From: the human T2T-CHM13v2.0 reference genome, Homo sapiens
Assembly (NCBI RefSeq): GCF_009914755.1
Contig: NC_060926.1
Strand: one strand, 5' to 3'
Length of the DNA: 64,000 nucleotides
How positions within the stretch are numbered: position 1 is the stretch's first letter; each line of letters opens with the position of its first letter. A program made the position numbers and the translations under genes. Of the stretch, positions 20,322 through 49,749 are shown one piece after another. Below the pieces are notes generated by a model that saw only the letters and a program-made list of their open reading frames with translations, made no database searches and had not been told where the DNA came from.

Positions 20322-20726
20322 CTGAAATAAAGGTAAAAAAGGTATTAGCATCTAAACCTAATAATCAATTGTAGTATCGTTAAAATGAGAGTGCCAGACA
20401 ATAAATCTTTCCTGATGTAATCCATTAGGAAGTGCCAAGCACAAACTATAAATCATTTTTTATCAACAGAAACTCCACTGCCTCTTCCAAAATCAGGATT
20501 TTTAGAAGACAAATTGGGTGACTTGAGTCTCTTTAAAAACTGTCTAAAAATATTTGCACTGATGCCTTCCCTTTCTTTCAACAACTATCACTGCAGACAC
20601 TATGGTATTCAAAATCCTTCCAATGGACTTAGAAGGTCCTCAAAATACAGCAACAGGAGCTTAAAATACAAGTTTATTGCTACTGATGTTAAATATGCTC
20701 ACAAAACCAGTTTTAAAAGAAAGACT

Positions 20727-21085
20727 CTCACTCATGTGTGGAAGCTAAAAAAGTGGATCTCGTGGAGGTAGACAGCAGAATGGTGGTTACCAGAGGCTGA
20801 GAAGGGAAGTGGGAGTGGTGGAGATGAACAGAAAGTGGTTAGTGTTACAAAAATACAGTTTGATTAGTAAGTTCTAATATTTGATAGTACAGTACAGAAA
20901 TTATAGTTAACAATTTATTGTATACTTCAAAACAGCTAGAAGACTTGTAATATTCCTAACACAGAAAAGATGTTTCAAATGATGGGTATCCCAATCACCC
21001 TGATTTGATCACTACATATTATACACAGGTATCAAAATATCACATGTACCCAAAAAACACATATCACTAAATAAAACAAAAACTC
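20727..21085 (+). mobile_element. L1MA-type 3' end
   Basis: TCTCACTCATGTGTGGAAGCTAAAAAAGTGGATCTC...GGTTACCAGAGGCTG...CCTGATTTGATC...AAATATCACATGTACCC. Confidence 0.85.
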
Positions 21086-21293
21086 AATTTAACCATACAA
21101 CTGCCAAGAGACACCCCCCACCTTTCCCAAACCCCTTCTTTATCCTCTACCCAATACCCTACCCTCCTACCCTCCTACCCTAACTGGCTTCCAGAATGCT
21201 AGCAATTAGGCCTTTACCTTCCAGAGGAATATGGAAATCTGACAATCTCTAATGAAAAACCTAAGATTCTGATATCAAAAGTTTCCCAAATGA

Positions 21294-24050
<2,757 letters not shown>

Positions 24051-24299
24051 ATATTCTCTCTTTAAAAAACTACAATGGCTGCCTACTTCTCTCTAGAATG
24101 AGAGCACCTTCCTTACTTTCTACAAGTTGCCACAGCAGTCATCATTTTGTTATCTTTTTTGTCATCTGCATTTTTTGTTGTTTTTGCTTTTTGTTGTTTT
24201 GTTATGTGCTTTTGTTATCTTTTTCATCCCCCTACCCCTCCTTTCTTGCACACACATTCTACACTTATTTTTTCTCTTTTCCACCAGACTCCATTTACT

Positions 24300-25585
<1,286 letters not shown>

Positions 25586-26132
25586 TGAAAGATTCTGGAG
25601 TTTTGAATGATAGAGCCTTGGGAGAAACAGAAATGAAAACAAAAGATTCTGGAGTTTCATATTCTATTTTGTTCCTTATACACAGTTGCAATTTCATTGC
25701 TCATTTACATAGGACTTCCTTTGCATTAAGTCATCATGTCTAGTTGTGTTACTGATGAGCCACATAGTGATTTTCAGCAGGGAGAGTAAATCTATGTTAT
25801 CACAAGATTCTTAACACTGACATCAGCGGTAAAAAGTAGCCAATACTTTGTTCCTTCTAAAGGTTTCAAAGAAGAATAAAAAGAAAACGGGGCTTTCAGG
25901 CCTGTAACAAAATGGCCTTCTGGTTGTAGCTGTGGAGTTGCCTACAGAAGATTAGATAAACCTTCCACTCTCCCACTTCTCTTATATCTGAATTGTTTTG
26001 TCTCTGGGATAAGCTTTTATGGCCATTCACTTTAATGCATTGACATAAAGTATATCCATATTTTCTTCATTAAGCCCAGAGCTGACATTTTTAAGCTAAA
26101 ACTAATCGTGAAACTTTAAAAAATTATGTATA

Positions 26133-28126
<1,994 letters not shown>

Positions 28127-28354
28127 GGTAACTAATTTTGGACATGTTATATTTGAAGTGCCAAATGGGCAGCTGAATATCAACTCCAGAGAACAAGTCC
28201 AGGTCAGAGATACACGTCTAGTCATTAGCAGAACACTGTCAAATGAAGTGAAACCAGTACAACTCATGTAACAACAAAGAAAAAAAAAAAAGGAAGAGGG
28301 GGAATGGAGAGATGCCCATTTCCTTGGCTGATTTTAGGAGTAAATAAAGAGATA

Positions 28355-29116
<762 letters not shown>

Positions 29117-30431
29117 TATATGAAAAGCCTTTCATTTCACTTCCGTTACCTCAATGAAGCCCATTCCTGTCCTCCTTTCCTATCAATCTTTTTCAGACTT
29201 TCTTCACATTACACTTCCAGCTGTATACACTTATTATCTCACAAATAGAAAATGGTGAAGGATCCAAAAATCAACCACAATTGGCCTTGGAGGAAACCTA
29301 TATTTAATGTTCTAGGAAATCCTGTGAAAGTCAAAAGGATCTCTCCAGTTTCCCCATCACAATTATCTGCTTAATTCCTCTCCATTCTACTCTTGAAATA
29401 TGGTTTATCTCTTAGACTAATATAAAGCAGAGTTACATTAAATCTCCCTTGGAGCAGTTAGGGCAGTTAAGCATTTAGGTTTCAAAGGAATGCAGCCAGT
29501 AAGCAAAATTAACATCAAAAGAGAAAGCCAGATGTCAAAATACTGAGTAAAATGGTGCTGTCAATAATGAAATCAGCACTGCAATATGGAGAATCCCCAT
29601 GCCAATAACCTCAAGGTAAATTTGAAAATACATGTTTCAGATACAAACTTTCTCATCCCTCATCTGTGACCTATATTTTTTCCTCCCACCCACTACATCC
29701 TCTTTTATTAAAAGTAACACAAAGGGAAAACGATTTTGAAATCAAAGTGAGACTTATACACCCCAGCTGCAACTTCAACAAGATATCATCATGACTAAGC
29801 TCATATGACTCATAACTTTCCTAAATTATGCAATTCATAACAGTTCAATTGAAATCATTTTTGGTGACCCATAGAGGACTCTAAAAACCAGGCTTCATTT
29901 TATTAGGTATTTTTTGCCTTTCAGAAAAATGTTGTCATATGCCTAATCGATATTGAGTACTGCAATATAGTAGTATTTGTAGGACAATAAACATAAAAAA
30001 TAAATAATAAAGCATGTTTTTCAACTATGAAACTATTTGCTAGTCTTGACCAACTCAATCTAATGGTAAGGTTAAGTAACAAATTATATTGTAAGCTGTC
30101 AAACAAACTGAAAAAAAAAGTCATTCTTCAAAAGAAAAATACCCACAAGGCCTATGTTCATCATTGACAACTGACAGCATCTTCCTGAGACTCATTTTCC
30201 TCCTCCTTTATTTGAAAACTAGACTTGATCTCTAAGATTCATTTGGTGATAACACTTGCTATAACGTACTCTAGCACTCTCCTCTATGCTGTTTTAGAAG
30301 TGTCCTAAATGAATGTCTATTTCCCTATGCTATAACCATTTGAAGATGGATATCGTCTGATCTTTGTATTTCCAATGCCACGTATAATACTTGTGTGTCC
30401 TTCAAATATTTCGTTTAAAAAAAAAAAAAGA

Positions 30432-31111
<680 letters not shown>

Positions 31112-32547
31112 ATGGTCTAAAAAAACCTTACGATCTGCAAATGTTATGAATTGATCTAGAAAGTAATGTTTCTCTTTAAACTGTATGCTTCCTTGGGACT
31201 CATGCTTATTTTTACCTACGAACAACAGATTAATAACATAAGTGAAACAGTTGTGTCAGGGTGGTGCAAATATAATTTTAATATCTCAAAATACATATTT
31301 ATTCTTTTTACTAACATTTATCCTTAAAATGAAGACCCTTACCCTATCCCTCCATCCTAACCACAATCCTACCTCAAAATGTCCTTCAATTTGTACTGAC
31401 TTACCACTTCTCAGCACTTCCTAACAAGATCCCTTGCCTTTCATTAGTCACTTGTAATCCATTTCAATCGGAAAGAATCATAAGACAGCTGTTCAAGTGA
31501 TAACACTCTCAACACCTTTAGTATCCATATCAATCCATTACAATTTCTGTCCACTAAATATAAAGAAAAAAAATACTACACATGGTATCATGGTGAAATT
31601 TGGGAACCAGTACAACCATGCAAGCCTACAATTTCACACACTGGGAAAACATTATTTCACACTTTATTACTAATTAAAGTATCTTACCCGTCAATTTTTG
31701 AAAGATAAAAGGATTTTAAAATACACTAAAAGTTCACGCAAACTTACTTCCACCAAAGTTCAGATCCCTTAATGCATCTCCATCCTTAAAATCCAATCTC
31801 TCTGGAAAATCTAATGAAATAGGAACCCTCTACTTTCTAGCCTCTAAATTCATCAAACTCGTCACTCTTGATAATTTCTTTGTTTAAAAGTGCAAGGAAA
31901 GCATTCATAGTGGCAGCATCACGAGTTGGCTTACCAGGTTTCCGCCTCCCCCCATCTCCCAAGCACCTCCAATAAGCTACAATTGAAATAACCAAGAACG
32001 TGCTTAGGATGTTCGCAAAAACACAACTCTTAAGACTCCAACTCCAGTCTCCGCCTCCCAACGAGATTACTGCATAAGTACCTCCTACAGCAGAAATTCT
32101 AGTTCCCTCCTTCGAGGACCAGGAAGAATTCTGGAGCTTTGGGCCCTTCCTTTCTGGCTCTGGTAGGAACACACAACACTAGATTTGTTCCTTACTAAGG
32201 CAAGAACCCTGACCACATCTCCCTCTCCAAACAAGATCCAGCCACCCTACTCCTTACCGCTTTCCCAACACCCTCCCCGAACACAAAGCTAGGGAGCAAA
32301 CCCCTCTCAGGCGCTCAGTCACTACATGGAGCCCGTCCAGTAGCCCTTTCCCACTCAGAGACAGGCCCATCTCCTTTATTCTTTCCCCAAACTCCGAGAG
32401 CCACACCCCCTTCTACACTGAAAACTTAGGGACGCGCCACCATCGCCAATACCCCGCCCCCAAACACCTGATAGACCCAGCTCCCCTGCTCTTCCCTCAA
32501 ACGAGCGCTCCAGGCGCCGGCCTAAGCCAACTCCCCTGGGTCTTTAC

Positions 32548-32644
32548 CGAGTCTCTGGTGGGGGCCGAAGCCCGGGTCATCCGGAGGTCGCGGCGCCAGC
32601 ACGAAAGGAACCACGCTGGTCAGGAATAGGAGAGACTGCCTCAT
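32548..32644 (-). CDS. ADAM17: ADAM17 coding exon 1 (signal peptide, [32 protein letters not shown])
   Basis: ATG at 32644-32642 in context GGGAACATGA. 97 nt, donor TCG|GTAAAG. Translation matches the ADAM17 N-terminus. Confidence 0.98.
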
Positions 32645-32870
32645 GTTCCCGGCCCCGCTACCGACTCCACCTCTCTGGGCAGCCTTCGCCTGACGGGGTT
32701 TCGGAAAACTGCTCACATCGGGGGAGGACGGGATCCGCCCGGCCTAGCCCCTCAATCCTCTTTTCCCTCCCGCGCCGCCTACTGGGAAGATTCTACCTCC
32801 AGGCTCGACGCCCCCGGAAGTGCAGGTGGCGTTACCAAAGGCCGGCTCAGCCAGCTTCCGGCCGCCGCTG
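32645..32870 (-). other. ADAM17: ADAM17 5'UTR (upstream boundary approximate; dispersed TSS)
   Basis: GC-rich leader contiguous with the exon 1 ATG. The length of ~180-225 nt is recalled from mRNA records and cannot be derived from the sequence. Confidence 0.75.
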
Positions 32871-32939
32871 TCCCCCGCACCACCCACAGCCGGAAGCCGG
32901 CTGCCGCGCGGCATCCCGGGAGGCTCCGCTTGCCCCGCC

Positions 32940-33815
32940 CCACGCCGGTGCGCCGCGGGCCTCTGGTCCGCTGCCGTGTTCGGCCCCGCCCGTCACGTCT
33001 AGCTGGGGCTCGCCCGGCGCCTTCCTGGACGCAGACGTATGAGTCCCAACTCCACCCAGTCCGGCCTGGCCTCTGTCCCCGGGTGACCGCGGAATGGGGG
33101 GGCGGGAGCTAGCGAGCAGGCCCTCAAGCGCGTCTGGCCGCCTCCTTTGTCTTGATGCCCACGTCTGGTTAGGACCCCTGCTGTCCATTTTATTAAAGGA
33201 GCTGTAGAAAGCGGCCTGGGGCCCAGCGACCTGCCCAGGGCGGACGAGGAGGCGCGACTGGCCCGATGCCGCAGGCTCTCTGCCCAGTGTGCTCAGGTGG
33301 GAGGGCGGGGACATGAATCGAGCCACAGAGTGCCCTGGGCACGGACCCCCCCCCCCCCCCGGCCCCGGGCCCCGAGCCCCGAGCCCCGAGCCCGGCCACC
33401 GAAGCCCGTGCCACTCGCCAGCTCCTGCGAGACGAGCCTTTCGAGCGCAGCTCAGGCATTTGGTTCAGGGTCCGACTGCCGGAGTCGTCTGAGGCCTCCA
33501 TCCGTCTGTCGTCACGAAAAAGGTTTTGGGGGGACTAATAAGCACTTCCTGAATGCACATTTGCTCCACGCCCCTGCTGTAGGGAGAGGGTCTGCAGACA
33601 CTTCAACAAATAGAATCCTAGGACCTTACCTGTGAGTACAAGAGCTGGAATCTTCCCACCAACTTCTTAAAATTCAATCCTATACTTGGTCCATTTAGCT
33701 TAGACTGGAAATTTCCCAAGGCAGTTTGTTTTGCAATCTTTTGCATGATTTTAGCTCTGTATAGTTTAGTGAATGTTTATGGTACTGAATAAAACAGTCT
33801 AAAAACGTTGGGTAC
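32940..33815 (+). ncRNA. Candidate divergent (head-to-head) unspliced polyadenylated lncRNA/PROMPT from the ADAM17 promoter
   Basis: CpG-island promoter with ETS sites in both orientations. AATAAA at 33788-33793 followed by a GU/U-rich element (~33808-33835). The 5' end is a guess. Confidence 0.5.
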
Positions 33816-34415
33816 ATGTTGCTGTTTTATTTAGTTCAACCAAAGTTTATAAAAGTAGGACATAATACGTTTTCCACTTAAGAGTGAGACAGCCTTTATT
33901 ATGAAACGGTAAATTGTTAGGAATACTAGTCCTATTCAAGTTTCAAGGCTTATTCCTAATAAAATACTCAAACTGTGGTTAAAATTTATGTTAATGGTGG
34001 TTTGCCGCAGTAAAATATCAGCGTCTTTTTCAACAATACATTGTTGGCTAAAATTAACCGGACCTGGTCTGTACATCTGAGGTATAAAATATCTTTATTA
34101 AACATACCCATTAGTGGCATACCTAGTCAAAAAGTAAGCAGAATTTCACATGCAAATTGTATACAATCTGTAAAAATTGTATTCCATAAGAATGTGACAG
34201 TTGAGTACGGTTTTTGGGGGGCTTTTTTGGTGTACCATAATAATGTCATCTGGTTTCTTTTCTGAACATCCAGTCACCATACTGTCCGGCTTGTAACTTT
34301 AGTAGATCGTAGATTATATTATTTTGGTATCCCCAACAGCTCTTGTACAGTGCCTTGCTCATAGAAGGTACTTAGCTGTTTAGTAAATGCCGTTTAAAAA
34401 AAAAATCCCGATCCA

Positions 34416-35845
<1,430 letters not shown>

Positions 35846-36009
35846 CTATATACCCCCTAGGTGTATCTTTAAAGTTTTTCATCATTAGCGTAGTAGTAGC
35901 AAATTATGAAACTTTCAGCATAAATACTGACATTTAAAATTAAAGCTGTTAGGTCATTATTTTAAAGTTTTCCAATAGAGTATAAATACCTCAAAGATTT
36001 GACAGCCAC

Positions 36010-36480
36010 AGTGGTAGCCCAGCCTCCAAGATGGCCCCCAATGATGCCTGCTTCCTCTTCTACACTGGGCCATAGTTGGTCTGTGACCACTAGCATGCAG
36101 CCGAAGTGATGTCACTTCTGAGGTTAGGACACAAGAAACTCTGTCCTCCATCTCAGGTGCTCTCTTGCTTGCTTGTTTCCTCTTGAATCACACACTCTGG
36201 GGGAAGCCAGCTTTCATGTCATGAGAACACTCAGGAAAACTATGGAGAGGTCCAATAGAACAGGTCAGCAGCCAACAAACACCAAGGAGCTGCCAAAGAC
36301 TATGTGAGTGAGCTTGGAAGGAATTCAGCCCCAGGCAAGCTTTAAGATCACTGCAGCCCCTGACCTACCATCTGACTATAACTAAGCTACTCCCAGATTC
36401 CTCAGCCTCAGAAGCTGGGAGATAAGTGTTCGTGGTTCTAAAGCTCCTAAATTAGGGGTAATTTGTTACACAGCCACTAT
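36010..36480 (+). mobile_element. MLT1 (E/F-like) MaLR LTR
   Basis: GTGGTAG...CCAAGATGGCCCCCAATGAT start. GTGAGTGAGCTTGGAAG. GGGGTAATTTGTTACACAGC end. Confidence 0.8.
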
Positions 36481-37076
36481 CATCTGTTCAAAAAAATACG
36501 TAAACAAGTTGATGGGATCCTGGGTTCTTAACACCTGAAGTGATGCTTTTAATTTAGGATTTAATAAAGATAATTAAAAATATTTCCTGAGGTTCCCCAA
36601 TCCCATGCTGTGGAATTAATTATTCATAATTTAGATACCGCAAGTGAATTTAAGAGTAAACATTTGCAGTTATTAAACACATGAGCCACATATGGTTCTG
36701 CAGTTAACTACCAAACCCACACAAGTACCAGTAAAACCTTGTCTAAATGACCAGAGAACTAACTGGTTCTGGCTGGGTGTTTTGTTTCCTTCTATCTATT
36801 TCTCTAGCTCTATTTCTCTTATTAGCCAATTTTGTCTTACACCAACCCCACCAGTTTTTATAGATGGATAGAGCCATCCTCACTGTTTCTAAAATGGTAA
36901 TTATTCCTGCATTTGTATGCTTTTTTGCTGATGAACAAATCTGTGGAAAGCAGTCGCTTTAAGTATGAGTCAACCCACAAATAAGACAACAGATGCCACT
37001 TAATGAAAAATAGGACTTTATACAAAGTCATGTGCCAAGAACTCTAATTTCTAAGGTTTTGGTTAAGAAATTTTAA

Positions 37077-39942
<2,866 letters not shown>

Positions 39943-40327
39943 TCAATCCCTCACTCTCTCTCCTTTGAACTAGTCCCTATCATTCCCATAATACCTGAAG
40001 TGACTTTCTTACCTCTGCTTCCTCTCCACCAGTACCTCTACCTGTCTTCCATAACACCAGCTAAATGTCTCCTATCCATGGGCTTTTTCTTGGTTCTTTT
40101 ATAGCCCGTCCTTCATTTTATCTTGCATTGTTGTTTCTTGATGGTATTTTGGTATTTTCTACCAAAGCACAAGTTCGTAAAGGTGAGGACCCTACTACCT
40201 TCCATATCAAATAAGTGTTCTGCCTAAGGCAGTTAACAGTTATTTATGAAACAAATATCATTATCTGACATACAGCCAGATACCTCACAATTTCCCTCAT
40301 CTAAATAAATTAGACAATTTAATGCTT

Positions 40328-41134
<807 letters not shown>

Positions 41135-41563
41135 AATGCTTATGGAACACAGCCTAAGGTTACCTCCCCTTCTGCCCTTCTGCCTTTTCTCCTGAAATTC
41201 CTCTTGCCTGGAATATCCTTGCTCTATGTATCCAGCTATGAAAAACCTAAGCATCCTTCACTGGCATCTGAACGTTCTACTCACTGGCATCTGAACATTC
41301 TGATTTGTAGATTGCAGGTCTGCACCATTTTTTAGTAGTCTTAGTCTTTTAAAGATCCCATTTATTTTGTCACAGTTCTGGAGGCCAGAGTCCAAAATCA
41401 AGCTGTCAATTATGCAAATATTTGGTCCTTCAAAGCCATTCTTACATAGGGTGATGGAGTCAGGTAACCAGCAGAGAGCAGGGAGACTGTAAAATTACAT
41501 CTTTTTCTATTCCTGGCTACTTCTGAATTCTGATAGTAAATCTCTTGTGATTTAATCATTATT

Positions 41564-42176
<613 letters not shown>

Positions 42177-42969
42177 GATTTAATTCTTCTTCTTCACCTG
42201 ATCCAGTTTTCTCCATGAAGACTTGAGACCAAGTCACAGTAGGTTTGGACCCAAATGTATGCTGCTCCTCTCTCCCCATGTTCTTTGCTTCTGTTCTTAG
42301 CCTGGGGTAAAGTCCTCCTTGTCCTGGGCCAGACATACTGTCAAGAGAAAGCTTGGTATTGGACTGACTCCATTTAAAGAACCTTATTTTATGAATCTGT
42401 CCCAGGAAAATATAGTAACTCGTTAACAGTTTTGAATGATTTGTTCTTTGCTTTTTGGCAAATTTCAGTTTATCCTTGCTAGAGGGAAAACAATAAAATC
42501 CACAAGTAATTCCCAATTTTCAACCTAGCCCAGCAATTTAACCTCCTCACTCACTTTGCCAAGGCTACTAATAAGTAGCTGTGTGCCTGGCCTGCTTTCC
42601 TTCTCTCCTCTCCCTGGTCCTGCCCATTGGCAGGGAGCCTCTTGTGAGTCATAAGATGACCAAGAGATCACACGGCGAGAGACTGAAAGAAAAGCAGCAA
42701 AGCCCTGGGTAATCAAGGCCCTAAACGGAAAGTGTCAGGATCTTGGGGTAAGTGGCTTTTATATCTTTGAAACTGCTCAGTAATTTTCCAGAGAGATGTT
42801 GGTTGGGACCCAATGGAGTTGTGCCCCGCCCATAGTTAATGCTCAATAAGTTTATTAAGTCAAGAAACAAATTTAGGCTTGGCGAGTCCTGCCTGATGAC
42901 AGGTAAACCCATCCTTATACAAGAATGGATCATTTACCCACCTCGCTTAGGAAAAAGAGGAGGTTATCA

Positions 42970-47232
<4,263 letters not shown>

Positions 47233-48504
47233 TCAGAAGAAAATCATTAGTACCCATTATTACATTAGAAGTAATATCTCCCCCCAAGCAATCAGGAAGT
47301 TTCTTCGCTTAGGATGGAATATGTTAGCAATAGGCTTTCCTTCACTTTAGGGAAGCTGCTCATTCTGCTATCTGGACAGCAGGAAGGAATTCTTGGCTGA
47401 AAATTCAGAAGTCAAGGGCAAGCCAAATCTTCCAAACCCTTTATCACTTAAGGCCTTCTAGTCATGCACAAAAGGAACCAATTCACGCTAAGCAGAAAAA
47501 GAGCTTACTGGAAGGCTATCTAGCAGTTCACATAATTGATGAGAAAGCTGAAACACCAGACTCAGAAAACAGGAGTCATGGGAAATGGGTAGTGGAGACT
47601 CAGCCAAAGCCATGCCCAGTGGTCTGGAAGGACATCACCACCAGCACTGCTACCGTGAAATACAGCCTTCTAGACACCACTGGACTGTCCATATCACCAA
47701 GAGTATATCCTCAAACATTCCTGCCTTTTTTATCCCTTCCCTCAGGATTCTGAGTCCTGGGTGGGAGCATCCAGTCAGCTGAACTTAGTTCACAAGCCTG
47801 CATTCCAATGGCCAGGTGATGGGACTCTGGCTCTGTCTCCTGCTAAGACTCATACAACAGCACGGGGGAACAAAGTTTTCAGATGTTCAGTAGGCAAATA
47901 TCAGCAGTGTCCACTAGAGTTCCTTCTAACTTTAAGTCCTACAGCCAATTGATCTGAAAACAGGAAAAGGATGAGAAATAACTTGAATAGCACTACAGGG
48001 ACCAAGCTGTAAAGAATCAGATCCTATCTCTGGTGAAGCCCTCCAATCATCTCCTAAAGATCTTTAATTTTGCAAAACCATCACTAGTAAGGGAGACTAA
48101 TATCAAAGTGAACTTCATGAGAATCCATTTCTCAGGCATTTCTTTTTGAGGCAGGGAAATGTACCAATCTAGCTTTTTTTTTTTTTTTTTTGAGATGGAG
48201 TCTCACTCTGTTGCCCAGGCTGGAGTGCAGTGGCACGATCTCAGCTCACTGTAACCTCCGCATCCTGGGTTCCAACAATTCTCCTGCCTCAGCCTCCTGA
48301 GTAGCTGGGATTACAGGCACACGCCTAATTTTTGTATTTTTAGTAGAGACGGGGTTTCACCATGTTGGTCAGGCTCATCTCGAACTCCTGACCTCGTGAT
48401 CCACCCACCTCGGTCTCCCAATTTATTTTAAGATGGAGTCTTGCTCTGTTGCCCAGGCTAGAGTGCAGTGGCACGATCTCGGCTCATTGTAACCTCCGTC
48501 TCCC

Positions 48505-49749
<1,245 letters not shown>

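Larger units (their letters stand above)
32430..33520. promoter_or_regulatory. CpG island / TATA-less ADAM17 promoter with Sp/KLF GC boxes, ETS sites and RCGTG cores
   Basis: Very high GC and CpG density. CCCCGCCC at 32452, 32933 and 32984. CCGGAAG at 32814, 32855 (reverse strand) and 32890. CACGT at 32994 and 33160. Confidence 0.92.

Noticed and set aside
21146-21184. Interstitial telomeric repeat
   Set aside because: Only one CCCTAA is present; the units are CCCTCCTA/CCCTA. Reported as a G4 motif instead.
32820-33635. Overlapping 60-159 aa ORFs on both strands in the CpG island
   Set aside because: Expected from stop-codon scarcity in GC-rich DNA. Low-complexity products with no recognisable family.
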